Below the pieces are notes generated by a model. The model did no database searches and had not been told where the DNA came from. It worked only from the letters and a program-made list of their open reading frames with translations. Positions 50,284 to 64,000 of a DNA stretch of 64,000 nucleotides are shown here, piece by piece. Position 1 is the first letter of the stretch; every line of letters begins with the position of its first letter. The translations under genes were made by a program, and so were the position numbers. The stretch is from contig CBDCKW010000009.1 of assembly GCA_965218435.1 (NCBI GenBank), forward strand, positions 2,432,001-2,496,000. The letters run 5' to 3'. Source of the stretch: Truepera sp. GTDB taxonomy: Bacteria; Deinococcota; Deinococci; Deinococcales; Trueperaceae.

Positions 50284-51357
50284 ATGCAAGAAACGACCTT
50301 AATCTCTGCTGACACGCTGGCGTGGCGAGCGTTGCAGACGCGGCGCTATCTGCCCGGCATCTTTTATGCGGTACGCTCGACCGGGATTTACTGCCGCACC
50401 GACTGTCCCTCGAGGCGTCCGGCGGCGTCTCAGGTGCAGTTTTTTAGCCGTAGCGAAGAAGCTGAAGCTGCGGGCTACCGGCCCTGCTTGCGGTGCCGTC
50501 CGCAAGCTGTGCTCGAAGAGGCGACCGACCTCAAACGGGTGCTGGCGTTATTTGACGCCGAGCTTTCAGCAGGTGACTCGAGCTGCCTGACACTCCCTAA
50601 GTTAGCGGGGCGTACCGGCTTTGAGCTGAGCTATATTAGACGACTTTTTCGCCGCGACGTGGGACTTAGCCCGAGAGCCTACGGGGAGGTTCGGCGTACG
50701 GAACGGCTCCGTACTGAGTTGCGCACGGGCGCACCGGTAACAGCGGCACTTTACGCCGCCGGGTACGGCTCGAGCCGAGCACTCTACGCGTCGGCAGACC
50801 AAGCCCTCGGCATGACGCCGGGGGCGTACCGCAAAGGTGGGGCTGGGCTGACCATCTGGTTTGCTCACTTTGAAAGTGATTTGGGGCCAGGACTTTTGGC
50901 CACGACCGAGCGGGGCGTGTGTGCGCTCCGTTTTGGTGACGGCTTGCTAGAAGAACTTAAAAACGAATTCAAGAACGCTCAGGTTAAAGAAGATGACACT
51001 GTAGTCGCTCCTTATATCGAGGCGGTGCGGGCCTATCTTACCGGTAAGCCGCTTACGCTACCCCTTCACCTATCGCCAAGTGCATTTCAAGCCAGGGTGT
51101 GGACGGCGCTGCAAGGGATTCCTTACGGTGAAACGCGCTCTTACGGAGAGCTTGCGCAGGCTATCGGTAACCCCGCCGCGGTGCGGGCCGTGGCAGGGGC
51201 GTGCGCCAAAAATCCGGTGGCGCTGGCGGTGCCGTGTCACCGGGTCGTTCGCGCCGACGGCAGTTTGAGCGGTTACCGTTGGGGTATCGCACGTAAAAAA
51301 GTGTTGCTGGGGCGGGAGGCTGCGGCTAAAGAGGACAATAACGGCAAGTCAATATAA
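50284..51357 (+). CDS. ada: Bifunctional Ada: Zn-binding methylphosphotriester domain, AraC HTH and O6-methylguanine-DNA methyltransferase
   Basis: TGIYCRTDCPSR...GYRPCLRC, AVRAVAGACAKNP...VPCHRV, GYRWG. Confidence 0.92.
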   Translation: MQETTLISADTLAWRALQTRRYLPGIFYAVRSTGIYCRTDCPSRRPAASQVQFFSRSEEAEAAGYRPCLRCRPQAVLEEATDLKRVLALFDAELSAGDSSCLTLPKLAGRTGFELSYIRRLFRRDVGLSPRAYGEVRRTERLRTELRTGAPVTAALYAAGYGSSRALYASADQALGMTPGAYRKGGAGLTIWFAHFESDLGPGLLATTERGVCALRFGDGLLEELKNEFKNAQVKEDDTVVAPYIEAVRAYLTGKPLTLPLHLSPSAFQARVWTALQGIPYGETRSYGELAQAIGNPAAVRAVAGACAKNPVALAVPCHRVVRADGSLSGYRWGIARKKVLLGREAAAKEDNNGKSI

Positions 51358-52082
51358 CGCCGGAAGTGAAATCGGTAGACAAGAGCTGGAGCCATGTATC
51401 AATCAGTTCCCTAGCCCGTTCTCTAAGCTCCGTATGGGCGTTTGTAAGAGCTATTGTCCAGTCTGAGCAAACTTAAGCACAGCCCAAACCCTTTATTTAG
51501 CAATGGTACTCGCAAGTTTCAAGCTTGCTGACCATAAAAATTGCTACGAGTGCGCATGATCTAAACTGAAGTAAGGAAGGTTGACCTTAGACTCGAACCA
51601 TAGTCAGAGATAGCAAAACAGAAAATTAGGACTCTGGGAAGAAGATAAACAAAAGACCTCGAGCACGTCCTTTTCGGACGACCCTGATAATGAACCGTCT
51701 GACCGTCGGTTTTACGGCAACGGCGTGTTGTTTTGACGCTCGGACTATTTTGCTCGCTAGTGACCTCGAGGCTGCCCTTATCAACGTCGGATAGGTCGAG
51801 ATAGGGGTACAAGCCTTCGCTTATCTTCAACCACGTCGGTTGGGGACACCCGGCTCATGGTCTCGTCGGAGCGGACGGCGCAACCCGAGCGGCGCTGCAT
51901 CTCCTCCGATTCTTGCCGCGGATTCCAACTTTGTAGCGTCACCGCCTCCCTTTTTGCAAAACAGGATAAACCTTAGTATATTGTTAGGTATTCTTACTAC
52001 AGCAGATTTATCTGGTTTATTTTGACGACATGATGGTTAGGGTGTTCGGGGCACACTGCAGTGACAAGGTACGATTAAAGGT

Positions 52083-52979
52083 ATGAGCGCCCCATCACCT
52101 TCGCGCCTGACGCTGGTAATGGGCGTCGGACTCGTCGCCGTCAGCCTCTCCGCCATTTTTATCCGCCTCGCTGACGCCCCCGGCGTGGTGGTGGCAGCCT
52201 ACCGGATGCTTTTGGCAAGTCTCGTGCTACTCCCGTGGACACTTCGGGCGCTCCGTCAAACCCCGCTGACCCGCCACAACGCCGGGTACGCCGTCGCTGC
52301 CGGACTCCTCTTAGGACTGCACTTTGCTACCTGGATCAGTTCGCTCTCTTACACGACGGTTGCCGCGAGCACGAGTTTAGGAACGACGACGCCGGTTTGG
52401 GTCGCGCTCTCGAGCTGGGTCTTTCTCGGGTTAGCGCCACCCTTTAGCGCGATGCTGGGGATGCTCGTCGCGGTATTGGGCGGGGCGCTGATCGGGTTTG
52501 GTGGCGCAGTCGGCGAGGCGAGCAGCGCTCCATTTTTGGGCAACGTACTCGCGCTCGTGGGCGCAGTCGCGGCAGCCGCTTACTTGCTGCTCGGCCGCTC
52601 GGCGCAGCGCCGGGGTCTCAACTTACAAGCCTATATCGGCGTCGCTTACGGCGTCGCGGCGCTGAGCCTCTTGCCCCTCCCCTTTTTTTTGGGTTACAGC
52701 TATACCGGTTACAGCCCAGAGAGCTACTTTTGGATTTTGCTGTTGGCGCTGATTCCGCAGCTTATCGGTCATACCTCGTACAACTACGCGGTTAAACACA
52801 TGAACCCGACCGTGGTGGCGACCGTGATTTTGCTCGAGCCTATCGGCGCAAGCCTGTTAGCGTTGATCCTTTTTACCGAGGTTCCGCCACTCCTTACCCT
52901 GTTCGGCGCAGTGACGCTTCTCTCCGGCGTTGCCATTACTACCCGCAACAGCCGGATGATCCCTGAAGAGCCGGTATAA
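52083..52979 (+). CDS. DMT/EamA-family transporter
   Basis: About 10 TM helices, LHFATWISSL, IPQLIGHTSYN, LLEPIGA. Confidence 0.9.
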   Translation: MSAPSPSRLTLVMGVGLVAVSLSAIFIRLADAPGVVVAAYRMLLASLVLLPWTLRALRQTPLTRHNAGYAVAAGLLLGLHFATWISSLSYTTVAASTSLGTTTPVWVALSSWVFLGLAPPFSAMLGMLVAVLGGALIGFGGAVGEASSAPFLGNVLALVGAVAAAAYLLLGRSAQRRGLNLQAYIGVAYGVAALSLLPLPFFLGYSYTGYSPESYFWILLLALIPQLIGHTSYNYAVKHMNPTVVATVILLEPIGASLLALILFTEVPPLLTLFGAVTLLSGVAITTRNSRMIPEEPV

Positions 52980-53203
52980 CACTCTAAATACAAAACGTCT
53001 CTAAAAACTGCGTTTGCTATCTCAGGACTAGTAAAAAGCAGCAAAATCTGCTAAGATATACGGCGTGCTTGTGTCAGTACCACTTCGATACCTATTATCA
53101 CTGACACCAAGAACTCTCTCCATAAAACATCATCACCTTACAGATTAGTCCTCTGCCGGGGGGTAGGGACGATTGTGGCGTTATGGCCTGAAGGAGTGCC
53201 GCC

Positions 53204-53710
53204 TTGAAAGATACTCAAAAAACCTACAAAAATGGCGACCAAGTCGTCCTGCCACCTTACGGCGTCGGGATCGTTGAGGGGACGACCACGCGCACCATCG
53301 CCGGTGCCGACCTCCAATACTACGAAGTCGCGTTTCCCAACGGGACCTCGAAGGCGTTTGTACCGGTCGCTGCGCCGCAAGCTGCCGGCCTCCGTCCGGC
53401 GCTGACGAAAACAGAAGTTCATAATGTTTTGGAGCGCCTCAGCAACGGCCGGGTCAACCTGCCCAAACAGTGGGCCGCCCGTCACCGCCGCGTCACCGAA
53501 ATCTTATCTTCCGGTGATCCCTATCAGATTGCGACGCTCGGGAGCGAGTTGCGCCGCTGGGATTTAGAACGCGGTCTCCCCGACCTTGACCGGCAAGCGT
53601 ACCGCCGCGCCCTCCGCCTATTAGCCGGTGAAATCAGCGCCGTTTTAGGGATTGATACCAAGGAAGCGCGCGCCATGATGGACGCGGGCGACGACGACGA
53701 GCTGAACTAG
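53204..53710 (+). CDS. carD: CarD family transcriptional regulator
   Basis: GDQVVLPPYGVG.V, FVPV, GLRPAL, conserved W in LPKQWAAR. TTG start after AAGGAG. Confidence 0.92.
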   Translation: MKDTQKTYKNGDQVVLPPYGVGIVEGTTTRTIAGADLQYYEVAFPNGTSKAFVPVAAPQAAGLRPALTKTEVHNVLERLSNGRVNLPKQWAARHRRVTEILSSGDPYQIATLGSELRRWDLERGLPDLDRQAYRRALRLLAGEISAVLGIDTKEARAMMDAGDDDELN

Positions 53711-53730
53711 TATCTAATTTATATGATTGA

Positions 53731-53756
53731 GGTCGGAGATTTCTCCGGCCTTTTTT
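53731..53756 (+). terminator. Intrinsic terminator after carD
   Basis: GGTCGGAGA-TT-TCTCCGGCC-TTTTTT. Confidence 0.8.
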
Positions 53757-53783
53757 GGTTGAGCTCACCGTATACACTGAGAC

Positions 53784-54299
53784 ATGATTCGCCCTGCAAC
53801 AGTTGATGACGCCCCAGACATTGCGAGGGTTCACGTCGAGAGCTGGCGCACGACTTACCCTGGGCTAATGCCGGACGCCGTGCTAGACAAGCTTTCAGTA
53901 TCTGGGCGAGAGAAGTTTTGGTATCAGGTTTTGGGGCGAGATAAATCACAGGTTGCTTTTGTTGCAACAGACGCACAAGGTAAAGTAGTCGGTTTCGTCA
54001 ACGGCGGCTTAGAGCGTGAAAAAGACCCCGTTCACACCGCTGAGCTTTATGCGCTTTATCTTTTTAAGGAAAGCCAGGGTTACGGCTACGGCGAGGCTTT
54101 GTTTGAGGCTATGGTAGAGAAGTTTTTGGAGCAAAACCACACGGCGATGCTGCTGTGGGTGCTCTCGAGCAATCCTTCACGCGGGTTCTACGAAAAAATG
54201 GGCGGGCGTTACCTCAAAATCAAAGCTATTGACATCGGCGGCGAAACTTTAGAAGAGGTCGCCTACGGTTGGGCCGATCTGCCCAACTTAGCGAGATAA
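53784..54299 (+). CDS. GNAT family N-acetyltransferase
   Basis: IRPATVDDA.DIARVHVESWR.TY, ELYALYL...QGYGYG, LWVL..NP.RGFYEKMGG. Confidence 0.9.
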   Translation: MIRPATVDDAPDIARVHVESWRTTYPGLMPDAVLDKLSVSGREKFWYQVLGRDKSQVAFVATDAQGKVVGFVNGGLEREKDPVHTAELYALYLFKESQGYGYGEALFEAMVEKFLEQNHTAMLLWVLSSNPSRGFYEKMGGRYLKIKAIDIGGETLEEVAYGWADLPNLAR

Positions 54300-54673
54300 G
54301 CTAAAGCCAGCGCGTAAGCCGCATAATCATCAATGAGTTCGGGCGGGGTTCTTAATCCCTGCGGTAAAAGACGTTGTAGACCCCTCGGTGGCCGGTCACG
54401 AAAGTAGAGGTTGCGGGCAGTGAGGCTCGAGCCCCATTCGTCTACGACTTCAAACTTTATTCCTCTCCCAGTAAGCAGGTTTTTTACGGTGTCGCTACCG
54501 GTTCCGTCACCGACTAAGACGGTGGCGGTTGGGGGGAACTCGAGAGCTTTTAGCTGTACCAAATCTAAAACATCATGAAACCCCAGCGTCCCAGCTTCTG
54601 AAACAAACGCCACGCCGATATTGCGGCCTGGGTCTAGTGCGACAATAAAGGCTTCAGGCACAGCCCCAAGCAT
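54263..54673 (-). CDS. YqgF/RuvX-like RNase H-fold protein
   Basis: IVALDPG..IGVA, VGDGTGS, VDE..SSL.AR, DDYAA. Confidence 0.75.
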   Translation of the reverse strand: MLGAVPEAFIVALDPGRNIGVAFVSEAGTLGFHDVLDLVQLKALEFPPTATVLVGDGTGSDTVKNLLTGRGIKFEVVDEWGSSLTARNLYFRDRPPRGLQRLLPQGLRTPPELIDDYAAYALALAYLAKLGRSAQP

Positions 54674-54693
54674 ACCGCTGACAAAGACACAGT

Positions 54694-54733
54694 AAAAAAA
54701 GAGCCGGACACTTACACCTGTGTCCGACTCTTT
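54694..54733 (-). terminator. Intrinsic terminator after rpoC
   Basis: GAGCCGGACAC/GTGTCCGACTC stem with A7 on the plus strand (U tract on minus). Confidence 0.8.
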
Positions 54734-54745
54734 GACTAGAAAGGT

Positions 54746-59323
<4,578 letters not shown>

Positions 59324-59331
59324 ATTCCCCC

Positions 59332-62300
59332 TTACTTTCCTCTGCCCGATTCGTCGAAGATGCTGATCGGCTGTGCGTCGTCCATGACCTGAACATCGAG
59401 CCCAAGCGAGTGAAGCTCTTTGACCAAAACCTTAAACGATTCGGGGATGGTGGGTTCTAACACGTCGTTTCCTTTGACGATGGCCTCGTACGAGGTGTTG
59501 CGCCCGTCGATGTCATCGGACTTGATGGTAAGCATCTCTTGGAGCGTGTGCGCCGCGCCGTGCGCTTGCAGCGCCCAGCACTCCATCTCACCTAAGCGTT
59601 GCCCACCGAACTGCGCTTTACCGCCGAGCGGTTGCTGCGTGATGAGCGAGTACGGGCCAGTCGAACGGGCGTGCATCTTGTCCTCGACCATGTGGTAGAG
59701 CTTCATGACGTACATCACGCCGACGACGATAGGAGCGTCTACAGCTTCGCCGGTGTGACCGTCAAAGAGCACGGTTTTACCGGTGCGGGCAAGTGCGAGC
59801 CGCGCCGCTTCATCGTCCATATCGCGGTCAATGATGCCGAGCTTGGCGGCGCGCTCGATCACCCGCGCTTCGCGCACGTCGGTGCTAAAGCCAGCTTCCT
59901 TATCGGCGGTGAGTTCTTCACGGGTGGCGTCCTCGAGCAGATCTTTAATCTGCTCTTCGCGGGCACTGTCAAAGACCGGCGTCACGTAAGAGACGTTGTT
60001 TTTGTATGCGGCCAGTCCTAAGTGCGTTTCCAAAATCTGGCCCAAGTTCATCCGGGACGGTACCCCGAGCGGGTTAAATACGAGGTCAACCGGCGTGCCG
60101 TCGGGCATATACGGCATGTCTTCGGGCGGTAGGATTTTGGCCACCACACCTTTGTTCCCGTGCCGGTTCGCTAACTTATCGCCTTCGATCAAGCGGCGCT
60201 TTTGCGCGATATAAACGCGGACCATCTCCTGCACACCGGGTTTGAGTTCAACCCCGGCGTCGCCACGGCGAAAACGCACCGTCCGGAGGATGATGCCGCC
60301 GTCGCCGGGGGGCACGCGGAGCGAGGTGTCTTTGACCTCCCTGGCTTTTTCCCCGAAGATCGAGCGCAGGAGCCGCTCTTCGGGGGTCGGTTCGGTCTCA
60401 CCCTTAAACGAAGTGTGACCGACCAGGATGTCGCCCTGCTTGACCTCGGCACCGATCCGCACCACACCGTCTTCGTCGAGGTCGCGTAAGGCGGCTTCGG
60501 AAAGGCCGGGGATATCCCGAGTGATCTTTTCCGGGCCGAGTTTAGTGTCGCGGGCTTCTTTTTCGTACTTCTCGATGTGGACGCTCGTATATGAATCCGA
60601 CCGCACCAGCCGCTCGGACAAGACGATGGCGTCTTCAAAGTTATAGCCGTCGAAAGGCATGATGGCGATCAGGACGTTTTGACCGAGCGCCAACCGTCCA
60701 TTTTGCGAGGCGGGGCCGTCCGCGATCACTTGACCGCTGGTTACGGCGTCACCGACGTTGACGAGCGGGCGCTGGTCTAAGTTCGTATTCTGGTTTGAAC
60801 GCTGAAACCGGGTCAGCTGATACTCATGCTCGACCTTGCGGTCGTTTTCAGTAATGATACGTTTGGCGTCCACGTACGTGACGGTGCCATCTTCCGTTGC
60901 CAAAAGAACTGTGCCTGAGTCTCTCGAGACCCGCTCTTCTACCCCTGTCCCGACATACGGCGCGTCGGGTTTGATCAGCGGCACTGCTTGCGACTGCATG
61001 TTCGAGCCCATCAGTGCGCGGTTGGCGTCATCGTGTTCTAAAAAGGGGATAAGGGAAGTGGGAACGGAGATAATCTGCTTCGGCGACACGTCCATAAAGT
61101 CAACTGTTTCCGGCTCGACGTAAAAAGGGTCACCCAGACGGCGGGTCAACACGCTGTCGTTCGCAAACCCGTTGGTGTCGTCTAGCACAGTGTTGGCCTG
61201 CGCGATGACGTACTTATCTTCTTGGTGTGCGGTCATGTACTGCACGTCGTTAGTCACTTTGCCGTCAACCACGCGGCGGTAGGGCGCTTCGATAAACCCG
61301 AGCGGGTTGACCTGCGCAAACGACGCTAAAGACGTGATCAAACCGATGTTCGCACCTTCCGGCGTTTCAATCGGGCAGATGCGGCCGTAGTGAGTACGGT
61401 GCACGTCACGCACATCAAACCCGGCGCGTTCCCTGGTCAGACCACCCGGCCCGAGGGCTGAAATACGGCGTTTGTGACGGAGTTCAGAAAGCGGGTTGAC
61501 CTGATCCTTAAACTGACTGAGCTGGCTGCGACCGAAAAACTCACGTAAGGCCGCCACGATCGGACGGTTATTGACGAGTTTTTGCGGTGTGGCAGCGTCC
61601 GGGTTGCCGAGGAGCATCCGCTCGCGAACCCCACGGGCCATCCGGCCCAGGCCGACGCGAATCTGATCGGCGACGAGTTCACCAACGGTGCGAATACGGC
61701 GGTTGCCGAGGTGGTCAATGTCGTCTTCTTCGTAAGGTTCAATGCCCGCTTGGAGGTTGACGAGGTACTGAATCGCCGGGACAAGACCGTAATCAATAAA
61801 GCGGTCGTTTTCGTTGTCAAACCCGAGCAGGGTGCTCTGTTCAAACTCGAGCCCCAACTTGGTATTCATCTTGTAACGGCCCGCGTCACCGAGGTCATAA
61901 CGGCGTGGATCGGCTAAGAGGCTAAAGAGGTACGACTTGGCTTTGTCAACTTTAGGCGGATCGCCGGGGCGCAGCACGGTAAAGAGCTTGAGGAGCGCCT
62001 CTTCAACCGACGCACCGGTCGTCGTATCTTCTTCAAAGGTCGCGTCAATCAGGGCTTCGTTACCGGCAAATAAACCACGAATTTCGGCGTCGCTGTAACC
62101 TAACACACGCAAAATCAGCGTAAAGGGAAACTTCTTCTTGTTGACCTTCATCCACAAGACGTTTGAGTTGTCGAACTCGAGCTCGATCCACGGCCCGCGT
62201 TTGGGCATCGGGATAACACTCGCCATATAGGTTTTACCGAGACCTTTGGGGGCGCTCGTAAAGTAAGTACCGGGTGAGCGGTGAATCTGCGAGACGATCA

Positions 62301-62715
62301 CCCGGTCGGCCCCGTTGATGACAAACGAGCCGTCTTCAGTCATGAGCGGCAAGTCGCCCAAAAACACCTGGTCTTCTTTGATCAGGCCGGTGTCTTTATG
62401 AACGAGTTGCAGTTTGGCAAATAATCCCGAGTGGTACGAAAGGTCTTTTTCACGGCACTCTTCGGGCGTAAATTCGGGAGGCTGCAGGGTGTACTCGAGA
62501 AAATCAAGCACGAGTCCTGTCTGCCGCCCGCGTTCGGTTTCGTCTATCGGAAAAACTTCTCTAAACGCGCTTTGCAACCCGATGTCAGCTCGTTCCGGGG
62601 CGCTTTTTCCCAGCTGCAAAAACGTGTTGTAAGATTTGATCTGAATGTCAGTCAGGTTCGGGAGTTCGATCACTTCTTCGATCGTCCCAAATTTGCGAAT
62701 CTCGCGCATCGTCAC
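59332..62715 (-). CDS. rpoB: DNA-directed RNA polymerase subunit beta
   Basis: [49 protein letters not shown]. Confidence 0.99.
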   Translation of the reverse strand: MTMREIRKFGTIEEVIELPNLTDIQIKSYNTFLQLGKSAPERADIGLQSAFREVFPIDETERGRQTGLVLDFLEYTLQPPEFTPEECREKDLSYHSGLFAKLQLVHKDTGLIKEDQVFLGDLPLMTEDGSFVINGADRVIVSQIHRSPGTYFTSAPKGLGKTYMASVIPMPKRGPWIELEFDNSNVLWMKVNKKKFPFTLILRVLGYSDAEIRGLFAGNEALIDATFEEDTTTGASVEEALLKLFTVLRPGDPPKVDKAKSYLFSLLADPRRYDLGDAGRYKMNTKLGLEFEQSTLLGFDNENDRFIDYGLVPAIQYLVNLQAGIEPYEEDDIDHLGNRRIRTVGELVADQIRVGLGRMARGVRERMLLGNPDAATPQKLVNNRPIVAALREFFGRSQLSQFKDQVNPLSELRHKRRISALGPGGLTRERAGFDVRDVHRTHYGRICPIETPEGANIGLITSLASFAQVNPLGFIEAPYRRVVDGKVTNDVQYMTAHQEDKYVIAQANTVLDDTNGFANDSVLTRRLGDPFYVEPETVDFMDVSPKQIISVPTSLIPFLEHDDANRALMGSNMQSQAVPLIKPDAPYVGTGVEERVSRDSGTVLLATEDGTVTYVDAKRIITENDRKVEHEYQLTRFQRSNQNTNLDQRPLVNVGDAVTSGQVIADGPASQNGRLALGQNVLIAIMPFDGYNFEDAIVLSERLVRSDSYTSVHIEKYEKEARDTKLGPEKITRDIPGLSEAALRDLDEDGVVRIGAEVKQGDILVGHTSFKGETEPTPEERLLRSIFGEKAREVKDTSLRVPPGDGGIILRTVRFRRGDAGVELKPGVQEMVRVYIAQKRRLIEGDKLANRHGNKGVVAKILPPEDMPYMPDGTPVDLVFNPLGVPSRMNLGQILETHLGLAAYKNNVSYVTPVFDSAREEQIKDLLEDATREELTADKEAGFSTDVREARVIERAAKLGIIDRDMDDEAARLALARTGKTVLFDGHTGEAVDAPIVVGVMYVMKLYHMVEDKMHARSTGPYSLITQQPLGGKAQFGGQRLGEMECWALQAHGAAHTLQEMLTIKSDDIDGRNTSYEAIVKGNDVLEPTIPESFKVLVKELHSLGLDVQVMDDAQPISIFDESGRGK

Positions 62716-63068
62716 CTCTCTAAAAAACGTGTTTCTCCGTGCGGTTTATTACTTAGCAGCCACTTATCTGCGGCGGTCTTGCTCTTAAAAGGTCAGCGTT
62801 GTAAAGTGTGCGTTATAAGGTCTTTGAGTATGAGCTGCGCAACCGTAGCTGACAGCAAAAGGCTCCAAGCCTAAGCTTGGATGGACTTATCTATATTGTA
62901 AACCGGCCTGAACAGTGCGTGGAACTCTTTCTTTTTACACTAAGTTCGAAATGCGTTAGATCGTCTGCTGGGGGTGTTCTACTGAGTTGCCCGAGCTAAA
63001 CCCGAAGCTCACCTCCTGGTGCGGTCTAGCAAACAACTATACTAGCATAAAGCGTCGTCAATAGATAG

Positions 63069-63092
63069 AGGGTAGGCCATAAGACCTACCCT
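63069..63092 (-). terminator. Hairpin after rplL (possible terminator/attenuator)
   Basis: AGGGTAGG-N8-CCTACCCT. Confidence 0.55.
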
Positions 63093-63114
63093 GTTGCATC
63101 TGGTGCTGAGAACC

Positions 63115-63501
63115 TTATTTGACTTCGACGGTTGCGCCTGCGGCCTCGAGCTTGCCGCGAATCTCGTCAGCTTCGTCTTTAGCGATGCCTTCTTTGACGA
63201 CGCCGCCCGCTTCAACCAAGTCTTTGGCTTCTTTAAGGCCGAGGCTCGTAATCGCGCGGACTTCTTTAATGACGTTGAGCTTTTTGTCGCCAGCCGTTTT
63301 GATGCTGACGGTAAACTCGGTCTGCTCTTCGGCGGCGGGCGCAGCGCCGGCTGCGCCGCCAGCGGGCATCATCATCCCGGCGGGCATCGCGGCGGCGGCT
63401 TCAACGCCCCACGTTTCTTTTAGACCTTCTACTAGGTCAACGAGCTCGAGCACGGTCAGACCACCGAGCTGATCAATCAGGGCTTGTTTATCGTACGCCA
63501 T
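63115..63501 (-). CDS. rplL: 50S ribosomal protein L7/L12
   Basis: [51 protein letters not shown]. Confidence 0.98.
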   Translation of the reverse strand: MAYDKQALIDQLGGLTVLELVDLVEGLKETWGVEAAAAMPAGMMMPAGGAAGAAPAAEEQTEFTVSIKTAGDKKLNVIKEVRAITSLGLKEAKDLVEAGGVVKEGIAKDEADEIRGKLEAAGATVEVK

Positions 63502-63502
63502 C

Positions 63503-64000
63503 TTAGGCCTCCTTCAATTTTTCTGAGTAGTTCGTAATTACTGATACCAGGTTCTGCGGGGCAGCTTCTAGCACACCTACGGCTTGCTGCAGTGGCGCTT
63601 GGAGCGCGCCCACAAGCTCGCTTAAGAGCTGGTCGCGGGTCGGCAGCTTGGCAACCCTTGAGACCGCGTCAGCTTCAATCACCGCGCCCTCTAACAGTCC
63701 GCCTTTTGCTGTGGGCAGGTCTTTTGCGTTGTCGTCGGCAAAATCGGTGATCGCTTTGGCCGGGGCAACAGGGTCGTCGCCGACCAAAATGAGGGCGGTG
63801 GGGCCAGTGAGCTTGGTGCCTAAGTCGGCTGCACCCTGCTCTTTTAAGACCACGCTGACCAGCGTGTTTTTCGCCACCAGCATCCGCCCACCGGCGTCAC
63901 GTACTTTCGTCCGCAACTTACCGATCTGATCTGCAGAAAGCCCCTGGTAATCTACGAGGAAAAACGTTTTGGCGTCGCCTAAAAGAGTACGCAACTCTTC
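63503..64000 (-). CDS. rplJ: 50S ribosomal protein L10 (5' end outside the window)
   Basis: [34 protein letters not shown]. Confidence 0.96.
   Translation of the reverse strand, partial: EELRTLLGDAKTFFLVDYQGLSADQIGKLRTKVRDAGGRMLVAKNTLVSVVLKEQGAADLGTKLTGPTALILVGDDPVAPAKAITDFADDNAKDLPTAKGGLLEGAVIEADAVSRVAKLPTRDQLLSELVGALQAPLQQAVGVLEAAPQNLVSVITNYSEKLKEA

Noticed and set aside
46527..50284. Radiation-desiccation response motif upstream of mutS, DUF72 or ada
   Set aside because: No convincing 17-bp palindromic match found by eye, and a weight-matrix scan would be needed
51840..51900. Possible decayed copy of the ada 3' end (HGLVGADG versus HRVVRADG)
   Set aside because: Similarity is limited to a few residues and does not extend colinearly, unlike the deaminase and mutL cases

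Overview
Gene-dense chromosomal window of a moderately GC-rich Deinococcus-Thermus bacterium, probably Trueperaceae-like. The assignment is inferred from the long lineage-type insertion in RpoC, a Thermus-type short MutL, and pervasive leaderless promoters. Housekeeping genes include rplJ-rplL-rpoB-rpoC, mutS-mutL, purL-purF, glgC, ftsH, rlmN, rex, argR, carD, ada, an NFACT/RqcH gene and a polyprenyl synthase, interspersed with small accessory genes. I found no tRNA, rRNA, CRISPR array, integrase or transposase. Five observations stand out. (1) Two independent ~1 kb accessory cassettes each lie between an intact gene 3' end and a diverged, decayed copy of that same 3' end (a deaminase and mutL), with no mobility gene. 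(2) The mutL cassette holds one intact toxin-antitoxin pair plus two orphan antitoxins that appear to keep only the last codons of their deleted toxins. (3) The palindrome CTCGAG is strongly over-iterated across the window, like a highly iterated palindrome (HIP). (4) Several operator-like palindromes are present (Rex box, ARG box, and perfect 11-1-11 and 10-1-10 repeats), three of them on leaderless promoters. (5) Two genes carry single lesions, one in-frame TAG and one frameshift. All family assignments come from motif recognition by eye, not database searches.
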